64,000 nucleotides of DNA, from NCBI GenBank assembly GCA_934098565.1, contig CAKOON010000005.1:32066-96065 (forward strand), given 5' to 3'. Position 1 is the first letter of the stretch, and each line of letters opens with the position of its first letter. Below the pieces are notes generated by a model, which made no database searches, was not told the DNA's origin, and saw only the letters and a list, made by a program, of their open reading frames with translations. Shown here piece by piece: positions 29,922 to 39,169 of this stretch. The position numbers were made by a program, and so were the translations under genes. The DNA is from an uncultured Bacilli bacterium (lineage in GTDB: Bacteria > Bacillota_I > Bacilli_A > RF39 > UBA660).

Positions 29922-30637
29922 TAAACAATTTCCTCCTTTCTCTTTTTATTTCGTAGATATATAAAGGTACCAGTACCACCAATTATTATCAAGATAACAA
30001 TAGTAACTATAACCCAGTGTTTCTTAACAAAATTAGTAGTTTCTTCCAAGAAACCTTCTTTTCTAGTTTCATCATTAACACTTTTATGAGTCTTAGCATA
30101 TTCATTAATACCATTAACAAAGTCAATATAAGCTATATCATCAGCAGTCATAAATTCTTGACAATAAAAATAATCAGGATAATCACTACAAATTGATTCA
30201 TTATAATACTGGTTAGCTCTTGGTACTGTAACATTTATCTGTCTAATAGCTTTCTTACCACACTCGGTATCAACCGGATAAATTGAAATAGTATATTCTT
30301 TAACTTTTCCCATACCCCCAGTAGAATAAGATACTTCCCCATCAGTTTCCGGATCATAATCAAGACGATATTTAGAACTATCATATTCTAAGATAACATA
30401 AATATCACTAGTTAAATTATAAACGTCAATCATGCCTAAGTATGAAGTTCCGGTTATCTCTTCCCCACTATCTGGGTCCGTACTCGTATAATTATAAGAA
30501 TAAGGATAGCCCTTAGCAGTTACGGCCCCAGCCGCATTATTAAGTTCAGCCTGGCGTTCTAAAGTACAATATTCTGCTTTTACTTTAGGAATAAAAAGTA
30601 AACTTAAGAGAAAAAATAGTAAATATTTTCTTTTCAT
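29921..30637 (-). CDS. Type-I membrane protein (signal peptide plus C-terminal TM anchor), unknown family
   Basis: 238 aa. The signal peptide is MKRKYLLFFLLSLLFIPKVKA/EY, and the C-terminus is WVIVTIVILIIIGGTGTFIYLRNKKRK. Confidence 0.6.
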   Translation of the reverse strand: MKRKYLLFFLLSLLFIPKVKAEYCTLERQAELNNAAGAVTAKGYPYSYNYTSTDPDSGEEITGTSYLGMIDVYNLTSDIYVILEYDSSKYRLDYDPETDGEVSYSTGGMGKVKEYTISIYPVDTECGKKAIRQINVTVPRANQYYNESICSDYPDYFYCQEFMTADDIAYIDFVNGINEYAKTHKSVNDETRKEGFLEETTNFVKKHWVIVTIVILIIIGGTGTFIYLRNKKRKEEIV

Positions 30638-30647
30638 GTTAACCTCC

Positions 30648-31523
30648 TTAGACGTTTTCCGATTTTATAAATCGATAATTTTTATCGAATGTATATTTGA
30701 TAGATGGCATACCTTCAGTATTTTTACAATCTTCTAAAACACGACCATTAGATATATAAATTTCTGATAAAGTAGTTTCACAATAAACTTTTTCTTTAAA
30801 GGCACTATCGTAAACTCCATACTTCATATCACCATCAAATTGCATGACATTAAAATAATACTTAACAGATATTTCATAGCCGCTAGAAGTCTTTTCCAAA
30901 GAACCTTTTTCACTTTCATAAGAACCATCAGCATTTTCATCATCAGAACCTTCTTCATCAGTATAATCAACCATACTTATCGGTATCATACATTCAGTAT
31001 CATCGCAGATAACAGCATTTACTCCTCTAAAGAAGCCATCAGTTATAATTGTTTCTGGTTCCATTTTCAAATCTTTAAACTTAGCTGCTAAGGCTTTATT
31101 AATAAATTTTATGGATAATTTTACTGTACCTAACTCTGTATCTTCATCAAACATATTAGCACCAGCCATATATTTAATTAAATCCGAGTCATTAAAGAAC
31201 ATTCTACTTAAAGTATAAAGAATTTTTACATTAGTATTGATATCATCAGAGTATGTAGCTCCCCAATAAATCTCATCAACAGTACCAGTAGTATCAGTAC
31301 TGCCAATAAAGTCTTTAATGCTATCTTCATCAAATGGTTTAATAGCATCTTTTAAGTAATTTTCAAACTCATTAGTAGTAGGATTATCTGGGGTTAATTC
31401 TTTATCTTTATGAGTTACTTTAAATACTACAAAGATAATAAGTCCAATTAGAATTAGACCTATTAATATGGAAACTATTATTGTTTTTTTGTTTTTAAAA
31501 TCCACTTTTAACTTATTTTTCAT
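30648..31523 (-). CDS. N-terminally anchored extracytoplasmic protein, unknown family (first gene of the Tad-like operon)
   Basis: 291 aa, with the TM helix IIVSILIGLILIGLIIFVVF. I recognised no motif. Confidence 0.55.
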   Translation of the reverse strand: MKNKLKVDFKNKKTIIVSILIGLILIGLIIFVVFKVTHKDKELTPDNPTTNEFENYLKDAIKPFDEDSIKDFIGSTDTTGTVDEIYWGATYSDDINTNVKILYTLSRMFFNDSDLIKYMAGANMFDEDTELGTVKLSIKFINKALAAKFKDLKMEPETIITDGFFRGVNAVICDDTECMIPISMVDYTDEEGSDDENADGSYESEKGSLEKTSSGYEISVKYYFNVMQFDGDMKYGVYDSAFKEKVYCETTLSEIYISNGRVLEDCKNTEGMPSIKYTFDKNYRFIKSENV

Positions 31524-31626
31524 ACTTACACTTATCCTTCTCTATCTTAACTAATATAAGAATAACATTTTTTTTCCAAAAAAACAATTTAATATTACAA
31601 AAATGGCTATTTTTTTGCTAGTCTAA

Positions 31627-31655
31627 TTGACTTTAGGAAACGAATATGGTAAATT
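31627..31655 (+). promoter_or_regulatory. rpsD promoter
   Basis: TTGACT (31627-31632), a 17-nt spacer, then TAAATT (31650-31655), with TG two nt upstream of the -10 element. Confidence 0.55.
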
Positions 31656-31661
31656 ATTCTT

Positions 31662-31819
31662 GCGTTTAATTGGCAGTGCCTCTAGTTTATAGACGTGTCT
31701 ATCCCAGTTATGGTTATAAGTATCTATGACTGCCTAAAGAGAAAATATCTAGATAGACTCCCCTAGAAATAAAAGGTATTCTAAGTAAAAGCAAAATATA
31801 TGGAAAGGAGAATTATTTT
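31662..31819 (+). promoter_or_regulatory. Structured rpsD 5' leader, candidate S4 autoregulatory element
   Basis: This is an untranslated leader of about 160 nt. GGCAGT (31672-31677) can pair with ACTGCC (31728-31733). S4 autoregulation through the rpsD leader is established in Bacillus; applying it here is inference. Confidence 0.4.
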
Positions 31820-32422
31820 ATGGCAAGATATACTGGTGCTCAATACAAAAAATCTCGTCATCTTGGTTTCTCTACTTTAGAAAATGGTAAAGAACTTGCA
31901 AGAAGACCTTATGCTCCTGGTATTCATGGACAAGATCGTAAGAGAAAGTTAAGTGAATATGGTGTTCAGTTACAAGAAAAACAAAAGGTTAGATTTATGT
32001 ATGGTTTAAATGAAAAGCAATTTGCTAAAACATTTAAACGTGCTACTAAAATGGCTGGTATTACTGGTGAAAACCTACTTCAACTTCTTGAGACTAGACT
32101 TGATAATGTAGTTTACCGTATGGGTATGGCTACTACTCGTCGTGCTGCTCGTCAAGTTGTAAATCATGGTCATATTACTGTCAATGGTATCAAAGTTGAT
32201 ATTCCATCTTATACAGTTAAACCAGGCGACGTTATTGCAGTTAAAGAACAATCTTTAGATCATCCTGCAATTAAAGCTGCTGTTGAAGCTACTTTAAATC
32301 GTCCAGCTTACGTTGAACTTGATGCTAATAAGTTAACAGGAAAATATCTTCGTTATCCTGAAAGAAGCGAATTAAATCCTGATATCAATGAAGCATTAAT
32401 CGTTGAATACTATAATAGATAG
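31820..32422 (+). CDS. rpsD: 30S ribosomal protein S4
   Basis: [18 protein letters not shown]..., 200 aa, with the S4 domain [31 protein letters not shown]. Confidence 0.97.
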   Translation: MARYTGAQYKKSRHLGFSTLENGKELARRPYAPGIHGQDRKRKLSEYGVQLQEKQKVRFMYGLNEKQFAKTFKRATKMAGITGENLLQLLETRLDNVVYRMGMATTRRAARQVVNHGHITVNGIKVDIPSYTVKPGDVIAVKEQSLDHPAIKAAVEATLNRPAYVELDANKLTGKYLRYPERSELNPDINEALIVEYYNR

Positions 32423-32428
32423 TAAACA

Positions 32429-32459
32429 AAAACTCCAATCAATTCGGTTGGAGTTTTTT
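32429..32459 (+). terminator. rpsD rho-independent terminator
   Basis: AAAACTCCAA (32429-32438), a 9-nt loop, TTGGAGTTTT (32448-32457), and a T-run. Confidence 0.85.
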
Positions 32460-32525
32460 AGTTATTCTAAATTATCTTTTAAGATATTTATTCTGGTCTG
32501 TAAACCTTTAACTAAGGTTTCTATT

Positions 32526-32846
32526 CTAGTAGGATTTATTTCTAATTTCTTTTAGCCAGTATCGGTCTGATAGTGAAAGACCACAAGCTTTATTTAGTAG
32601 TTCGGAAGTAGTAAAAACATTTAGTCTCGCTAAGAGTCTTTTTAGATTTTTCCTAGTTTTAGGAATAGGTCTATTTTGAAGCCATTCATTCAAGTTTTCC
32701 AAATAATTTGAATTTTTATTTATTACTAATGGAACATGCTTAATATTATAGATACTTAAAATATTTGTAAAACATTGATATTCTTTGCTGTATTCTGCAC
32801 GTAAAACAGGATTATTTTTATTCATCAAAATCAATTTCATAAACAT
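32526..32846 (-). CDS. Short ORF, possibly an N-terminal remnant of a HipA-like protein
   Basis: 106 aa. WLQNRPIPKTRKNL...ACGLSLSDRYWLKE resembles, from memory, the N-terminal region of Firmicutes HipA-like proteins. The ORF stops where a kinase domain would begin. Confidence 0.3.
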   Translation of the reverse strand: MFMKLILMNKNNPVLRAEYSKEYQCFTNILSIYNIKHVPLVINKNSNYLENLNEWLQNRPIPKTRKNLKRLLARLNVFTTSELLNKACGLSLSDRYWLKEIRNKSY

Positions 32847-32865
32847 ACACTTTCAAAAAAGCCCC

Positions 32866-34155
32866 CTACTTACTAGGTTGCTCTTCTAAAGGATTCATAA
32901 TAACGGTACAAGTCGAATATTTCTTCAAGTCATTTATCACTCTACTTGCGGTTTCTATATTAAGATTTTTAATAATATCATAAGTATTAGTAATTAACTT
33001 ACCATAAGTCATAATATTATCTTGAACCATACTATTTAAGTATTCAATATCATCTAAACCATAAATAAAGTCAGCAATATTACAACGAATTCTTCTTTCT
33101 AAACGTTTAGGAGTTAAATCCATATTTTCATAATTTTCTTTTAACATTTTTTCAATCTCGGTTGGATACTTAGTTTCAGCATTAATGTTAATAATTAAAT
33201 AATCATCAACAATGGACGCATTGGTACTTAATTTACTTACTAGGTTACTTTCTAATAATCTTTCTTTAATTTGACTAGTAGTTCCAAAGTTGGCATTCAT
33301 AATAATACGAGTATAAACTAATTTTTCCATATCACTAATACTGCCTAAGCTACTTTTCTTTATCTTATAAGCTATTCTTAGTTTAGGAACAGTAATATTA
33401 CCAGTAATAATTTTTCTTTCTTCACAAACAGTTTCTTTTTCTTTAGGTCTGATTTTAACGGGTTCTAAATACTCTTTAAATTCTTTTGTATTTTGATTTT
33501 CTCTAATAACCACATCTAAGTAATCAGCGTCAAAGTTACCAGTAACTACTAAGAACATATTGGCAGGATGATAAAAAGTATTATAGACTAAATTTATCTC
33601 CTCAAGAGTAATATTTTTAACGTCTTCTTCATCTCCAGTAACATAGTATTTACGACTGTTTTCATGAAACAAAGCATTATTTAAAGTATAATATAACATT
33701 TGATAAGGATTATTCTTACCCATTTTAACTTCTGATAAAATAATTTTTCGCTCTTTTTCAATTAGTTCCTTCGTAAAATAAGGAGTCTCAACATAATCAA
33801 GTAAATGCGTAATATTTTCTTTTAAGTTAGAACTAGCTAAAACTTCATAAGAAGTATAGCCAAAAGTCGTAAAAGCATTAATAGAAGACCCTAATTTATT
33901 ATAGTAATCATGAGCAGTCTTATTAGGTCCTTCATTAAATTTAACATGTTCTAAAAAGTGAGCAATTCCCTTTGATACTTGATAAGTCTTATTGCCAATT
34001 TTAAAATCAGTATCAATGCTACCATATTTAACAGATAAAGTAGCATAAAAATTAGAGACATTCTCTTGAGGCCACATATAGACTTCAAGACCATTATCTA
34101 GTTTGTCATAATAGACGGTTTCATTATATTTACTAATCGTTAGTTTTTTTAACAT
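32866..34155 (-). CDS. M16 (pitrilysin/insulinase) family zinc peptidase, active subunit
   Basis: GIAHFLEHVKF contains the HxxEH zinc motif. 429 aa. It overlaps the partner gene by 23 nt. Confidence 0.85.
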   Translation of the reverse strand: MLKKLTISKYNETVYYDKLDNGLEVYMWPQENVSNFYATLSVKYGSIDTDFKIGNKTYQVSKGIAHFLEHVKFNEGPNKTAHDYYNKLGSSINAFTTFGYTSYEVLASSNLKENITHLLDYVETPYFTKELIEKERKIILSEVKMGKNNPYQMLYYTLNNALFHENSRKYYVTGDEEDVKNITLEEINLVYNTFYHPANMFLVVTGNFDADYLDVVIRENQNTKEFKEYLEPVKIRPKEKETVCEERKIITGNITVPKLRIAYKIKKSSLGSISDMEKLVYTRIIMNANFGTTSQIKERLLESNLVSKLSTNASIVDDYLIININAETKYPTEIEKMLKENYENMDLTPKRLERRIRCNIADFIYGLDDIEYLNSMVQDNIMTYGKLITNTYDIIKNLNIETASRVINDLKKYSTCTVIMNPLEEQPSK

Positions 34156-35410
34156 TGGAACCTCCTAATAAATAGATGGTATTTAATTTAATCTTGTTTG
34201 CCAAAGTTACTATTTCTTCTTTAGTAACAGTTGTAATCTCTTTTAAACGTTCACTTAACAAGGGAGAGTCAATAAGATTATGGAACAAATAATTATCCAA
34301 AATACTAGTCTGGTTATCCATACTGGTATTTATCTGGTTTACAAGAGTTTTCTTCGTAGCCATTATTTCTTCATCTGTAAATTTGCCTTGCTGCATTTCT
34401 TTTAAGGCCTTACCAACTAATTTGACACAAGCATCTTTATTTTCATAATCAATTCCAGCATAGACAATTAAAAGATTATCTTGTTTTTGAAAAAGACTAT
34501 ACGTCTGATAACACATACCATTTTCTTCTCGAAGATATTGACTAAGTTTATTATTTATTGAGCCATACCCAAATAAAGAATTAAAATAACTCATTACATA
34601 GTTTTTCTCTCTTAGACTTAAATTATCAGTTTGATAAAGCATAATAAGACTAGATTGTTCATAAGGTCCAATAGCCTCTTTATTAATAATTTTTTTAATA
34701 GGTTTATTCTGGACTGCATATTCTTCTTTTAGACTAGCTATATAATTATTTTGATAATATTCATTAATAGAGGCTGCTACGGTATCCATATCGGTATTAC
34801 CGATAAAATAAATATCACAAGCAAACTCTTTTAAGAATCTTTGATAATAGTTATATAAATCTTCTTTAGTTATTTGGTCTAATTCTGCAATAGTCCCAGG
34901 ATAATCAAAACTAGCCGGATTATCTTTATCTAAAGTTTTAAAAGCCTCTTTAAAAGCATAGGTAGTAGGATTATCATTACTACTTAAAATAGATGTTCTA
35001 AGTAAGTTTTTTACGATATTAAATATCTTAGTATCAGCTTCTCCCGCATTAAAGTTAGGGTGAAAAACAAATTCAAAAGGGAACTTTAAAGCTTCTTCTA
35101 AATGCTTTTTATCACAGTATTTAGGGTCTAAAAAGTCCATAATAAAGTCTAAAAAGACCATCTGTCCCACTCTAGTACTAGCTTCATAAAAGGAAGCATC
35201 ATATAAGTCTTCTAGTTTTTCAATGACTTTCTTCCTTTTATTATATTTTTTAGAAGAATAGCTTAAATAGTCTCCTAACAAATTATTAATCGTAATAGTA
35301 TCCCTAGTAACCCGATTTTTGAAAATTATTTCTAAATGACAAGTCTTAAATTTATCGGTCTTAATTGTATATAAGTTATAGGTATCATTTTTGTATACTT
35401 TATATTCCAT
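34133..35410 (-). CDS. M16 family peptidase-like protein, non-catalytic partner
   Basis: 425 aa with the same fold pattern but no HxxEH. The paired arrangement resembles the Bacillus ymfF/ymfH-type genes. Confidence 0.7.
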   Translation of the reverse strand: MEYKVYKNDTYNLYTIKTDKFKTCHLEIIFKNRVTRDTITINNLLGDYLSYSSKKYNKRKKVIEKLEDLYDASFYEASTRVGQMVFLDFIMDFLDPKYCDKKHLEEALKFPFEFVFHPNFNAGEADTKIFNIVKNLLRTSILSSNDNPTTYAFKEAFKTLDKDNPASFDYPGTIAELDQITKEDLYNYYQRFLKEFACDIYFIGNTDMDTVAASINEYYQNNYIASLKEEYAVQNKPIKKIINKEAIGPYEQSSLIMLYQTDNLSLREKNYVMSYFNSLFGYGSINNKLSQYLREENGMCYQTYSLFQKQDNLLIVYAGIDYENKDACVKLVGKALKEMQQGKFTDEEIMATKKTLVNQINTSMDNQTSILDNYLFHNLIDSPLLSERLKEITTVTKEEIVTLANKIKLNTIYLLGGSNVKKTND

Positions 35411-35449
35411 AATTATCTCCTAAGTATATTATGCCAGAAGTAAAAATTT

Positions 35450-37228
35450 TTATTCTTCAATTTCTTTAGCTAGTTCGGGTACTTCGTCCTTATCTTTTTC
35501 AACGGGATTATACCATTTACTAACACCTTTATAGATAAGATTTAGTTTATTGCCATTTAGACGATATAAATCTTGGGTTTTACTAGCATCATCATAGTTT
35601 TTAGTAGCATACATTACGTCATCATTAATATAGATAAAGGAGTTAATATCATCGGCTAATTTACTATTAATAATACCATTGTAGATAATTAGTTTACCAG
35701 CATTATTAGCATAATCTTTTAAATAATAAATAGAGTTTTCAGTCTCAGAAATAGTTAAATATTCACTATAAACATTAGTATTTATAACACTAGTCTTGCC
35801 GGAACTAGCTAGTTTTAAAGTATTAGAGTCATTTTCTTTAACTAAATAAACAAGTCCCATCGCACTGTCATAATTTTTAATACTAAGACTTAAATTTTCA
35901 TCGATTTTTTTATAACTACTAGCGTGTTTATTACTTACTTTACTGTAGTACAAGGTGTTATCTTCAGTAAAATAGATACCATCACCTTTTAAGTAAGTAA
36001 CAACTAAGGTATCATTAACGGCTTCTTTAACTAAAGAGTCCTCCAAGTCGTTTTGAAAGTATAAACCATTTTCTTTGGTAGTTTCAATATCTTTTTTAAA
36101 TTCATCTAACGAAGTATAATTTGATAAGTCGAAGTCACTGTTCCAATTCATCTTAGTATAAATAAGAAGACGACTAGTTAAATCATAAGTATAAACTTTA
36201 TCAACAGAACTAGCAAGTAAAGTTTTAGTTTGATTATTTTGATAATAAACGTCATAAGCACTGACCGTATAATTCTTGGCATAATCACGCATTTTATTGC
36301 GTTCTTCAACTAATTTTTGTTCGGCTTTTTTAGCTTCTTGCTCTTCTTTAGTTAAGTTCTCATTACTAGAAGCCACATATTTTTTATCATTACTAGCTAG
36401 GCTATCTTTAATATTATTATAAATATTAATGGTATCAGTAGTCTTCGTCGTATAAATAAACTTTGTAAAGTTAGTATTATAAGTTAAAAGTTTTTCAATA
36501 TTAGTTAAAACTCTTGTATTATCAAAGTTAGTAAAATTATATAAATAGTAACTTAAAGACTCATCAGTATTTAAAGTCGAATAAAGCATTTTCTTACCAT
36601 CTTTACTAATAATTATATCTTCATAAGATTTAGCAATAGTATCAATAGTTTGATTATCAATATCTTTAACTAAAAGTGAATTATCTTTTTCATAAATGAC
36701 ATAATTTAGAGAAACGTCCAAAAGTTTAGAAACATTAGAGTCAACTAAATAACTCGAACTATTACGACGATTATAAATATAAAGGTCTTTATTAGTCTCA
36801 ATATAATAAACATACTTATCATCACTACTAAATCCATAACTAGAAGCTTTATTAGTAAGTAGTTTCTTATTATCAGTACTAGTAGTATCTAAAAGATATA
36901 AATTACCGGAATCAGTATAAAGAATATGTCTAATATCATCGTTGGCATAAACAATATCAGTTTCCGAAATATCGGTAATATTATTAACATCATTATTTCT
37001 GGTAATAACTCTTAAACGGTTATCTGAGCCCATAAAGACAAAAGGATAATCAGGAGTAATATTAGTACGGAACAAACTACCTACTAAGAGTAAAAAAATA
37101 GATAAGAACATAATGCTAAAAACAATTACATAAGACTTAGTTGATTTAACAATGTGATTAGTTCTTATTTCTTCTTCTGTTATGGTCAAATTTTTTTCTT
37201 TGCTTTTTTTATTTTTCACGGAAAACAC
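35450..37228 (-). CDS. N-terminally anchored extracytoplasmic protein with repeated beta-rich segments
   Basis: 592 aa, with the TM helix YVIVFSIMFLSIFLLLVGSLF and recurring Y/N/D-rich repeats that suggest a propeller. No family was assigned. Confidence 0.5.
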   Translation of the reverse strand: MFSVKNKKSKEKNLTITEEEIRTNHIVKSTKSYVIVFSIMFLSIFLLLVGSLFRTNITPDYPFVFMGSDNRLRVITRNNDVNNITDISETDIVYANDDIRHILYTDSGNLYLLDTTSTDNKKLLTNKASSYGFSSDDKYVYYIETNKDLYIYNRRNSSSYLVDSNVSKLLDVSLNYVIYEKDNSLLVKDIDNQTIDTIAKSYEDIIISKDGKKMLYSTLNTDESLSYYLYNFTNFDNTRVLTNIEKLLTYNTNFTKFIYTTKTTDTINIYNNIKDSLASNDKKYVASSNENLTKEEQEAKKAEQKLVEERNKMRDYAKNYTVSAYDVYYQNNQTKTLLASSVDKVYTYDLTSRLLIYTKMNWNSDFDLSNYTSLDEFKKDIETTKENGLYFQNDLEDSLVKEAVNDTLVVTYLKGDGIYFTEDNTLYYSKVSNKHASSYKKIDENLSLSIKNYDSAMGLVYLVKENDSNTLKLASSGKTSVINTNVYSEYLTISETENSIYYLKDYANNAGKLIIYNGIINSKLADDINSFIYINDDVMYATKNYDDASKTQDLYRLNGNKLNLIYKGVSKWYNPVEKDKDEVPELAKEIEE

Positions 37229-37263
37229 CTCTTCTTATATTATCATATTAAATGTTAGAAAAG

Positions 37264-38391
37264 TCAATTTAACTTTTCATACTCGCTTGTAAAAAAGCGG
37301 TCAGTCATGCCAGCAATATAGTCGATGACGACTCTTTCTTTGGTGGTATTTTGTTTATAATCATCATTCATATACTTATAAAAATAGATATAAATGTTAC
37401 TATTAATATTTTCACAGTTTAGGTCGTTTAAACTGGATGAAAAAACTTTTTCAAACATTTGATGCCAAGTGGCTAAGGTTTCTTTGGAGTTAGCTTTACT
37501 ATAAATATGTTCATAATTAAATTTCTTTAGGCCAGACAAACATTTAAAGGCTTCTCTACTCATGCTGATATAATCTTTGTTAATACTATTTTCAATGATA
37601 TCATTAATAAAATAGTTTACAATTTCTCGATTAGTAAAGCCAGTAATGGTCATAAGCTCTTTAGGGAGTTCACTCTTTTTTAAGAGATTTAAGCGAATAG
37701 CATCTTCAATATCACGACCGAGATAGCTGATAATATCACTAACCCGGACAACACAACCTTCTAAGGTCATCGGAATAAGAGAAGCATTGGCATCTTTATT
37801 TTTATAAGTTTGATAATATTCTTGAAAAACATCTTCTTTAGTCTTAGGTATAGGCTTATAGCAGGATAGTTCTAGCTCGCCATTATGACACATGATAGCA
37901 TCAAGTACTTGAATAGTAAGATTTAACCCAGCACCCTTATTTTCAAGGAACTCTAGTTTACGAACACTTTGAATATTATGATTAAAGTAACCTTCCCCTA
38001 CTCTTAAAGAAATTTCGTTTAGAATGGCTTCGCCAGCGTGACCAAAAGGTGTATGACCAATATCATGACCGAGACTAGCGGCCTCAATTAAGTCTTCATT
38101 AAGTCCTAAGGCCCGACCAATCGTACGAGCAATTTTACTAACTAGTTGAACATGCGTACTGCGTCTTGTTATATTGTCATTGAAGGTGTTACTAAATACC
38201 TGGGTTTTATTAATATAACGAGTATAAGCAAGCGAATAGATAATCCGATCAATATCATGAAAATATGGTGGTCTTATATCGTCGGCTTCCGGGGTTTTAC
38301 GGTAAGCAGCGGCATTTTTGGTAGCTAGAGGGCCTAAAAAGTTGTCATGGTTCATATTTTTTTTAATTAATTGGAAAGTTTCTTCGTTCAT
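37264..38391 (-). CDS. dGTPase-family HD-domain phosphohydrolase
   Basis: RSTHVQLV...LGHDIGHTPFGHAGE is the HD/dGTP triphosphohydrolase signature, and the C-terminal DYIAGMTDRF is also present. Confidence 0.85.
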   Translation of the reverse strand: MNEETFQLIKKNMNHDNFLGPLATKNAAAYRKTPEADDIRPPYFHDIDRIIYSLAYTRYINKTQVFSNTFNDNITRRSTHVQLVSKIARTIGRALGLNEDLIEAASLGHDIGHTPFGHAGEAILNEISLRVGEGYFNHNIQSVRKLEFLENKGAGLNLTIQVLDAIMCHNGELELSCYKPIPKTKEDVFQEYYQTYKNKDANASLIPMTLEGCVVRVSDIISYLGRDIEDAIRLNLLKKSELPKELMTITGFTNREIVNYFINDIIENSINKDYISMSREAFKCLSGLKKFNYEHIYSKANSKETLATWHQMFEKVFSSSLNDLNCENINSNIYIYFYKYMNDDYKQNTTKERVVIDYIAGMTDRFFTSEYEKLN

Positions 38392-38511
38392 AATTCATCA
38401 CCAAGATTATTGTAACAAAAAAAGGTTTTAAAAGGAAGATTTATGTGTTAGAATAACCAACAGGTGATTTTAATGGATTTTGGAAGTAATTAGGTTGTTG
38501 TTAATGGAGTT

Positions 38512-39054
38512 TTGAGAACCAAGGATGAAGTTTGGAAAATGTATTATGAAGCTTTTAACGATAATCTGGTAACCATTCTAATCCCTGATGAAAATAATGG
38601 TTTTATTCCCTATCCACATCTTAACTTAGGAACCAGGTTAAATAGAGATTATTATGCATCACTTGGGCACGCTAAGTGTTTTGAGAAAATAAACGAATTA
38701 TTGTTGAGGGATAAGAGAAATTCCTATGTAGTTAAGGACTTTGACAATATTCAAGACCGCACTTTCATTGCATATAAATTTGTAGAAAAAGGTTCAGTGG
38801 CCATCATGCGTACTAGTAAAGATAATTTCTTGTTAATATTTCCGGGCTTTAGTGATGATATTGAAAAGAACAGAATAATGTGTGACGATGCTTTAAAATT
38901 GATTAAGTTGCTAAATGTTAACCTTAGTCAGGGGTGTTTTCAAATTAATGGGCAAGTAATTTTTAGTTTAGAAGCATTCGAAGAATATTGCCATCTTTTA
39001 AAATCAAATGATAAACCAAGAAAAAGACAACTTCAAGTTAAAAAGAAAAAATAA
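38512..39054 (+). CDS. Hypothetical protein
   Basis: 180 aa from a TTG start; the ATG at 38539 is an alternative. It has a lysine-rich C-terminus and no recognised motif. Confidence 0.45.
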   Translation: MRTKDEVWKMYYEAFNDNLVTILIPDENNGFIPYPHLNLGTRLNRDYYASLGHAKCFEKINELLLRDKRNSYVVKDFDNIQDRTFIAYKFVEKGSVAIMRTSKDNFLLIFPGFSDDIEKNRIMCDDALKLIKLLNVNLSQGCFQINGQVIFSLEAFEEYCHLLKSNDKPRKRQLQVKKKK

Positions 39055-39169
39055 TTGTTTATGATAGACAGTTGTTTTTTTCTTTTATTATAGCAAAACT
39101 TGTGTTAAAATCACTAATCGGTATTAGCTTTTAAGAAAAATATATTATTTTTAAAGAAAAGGAGATTAA

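Noticed and set aside
31524-31626. A small unannotated Flp or prepilin ORF at the head of, or within gaps of, the Tad-like operon.
   Set aside because: The intergenic gaps inside the operon are 17 nt or less. The upstream spacer contains no Shine-Dalgarno-led short ORF with a G/xxxxEY or G/FTLIE leader that I could see. Absence by eye is not proof.
37264-38391. The dGTPase-like HD protein as an antiphage dNTP-depletion defence gene.
   Set aside because: Its size and motifs fit the common housekeeping dgt-like family of Firmicutes. It lies co-directionally downstream of a conserved-looking peptidase and membrane-protein cluster. A defence role cannot be excluded, but nothing specific supports it.
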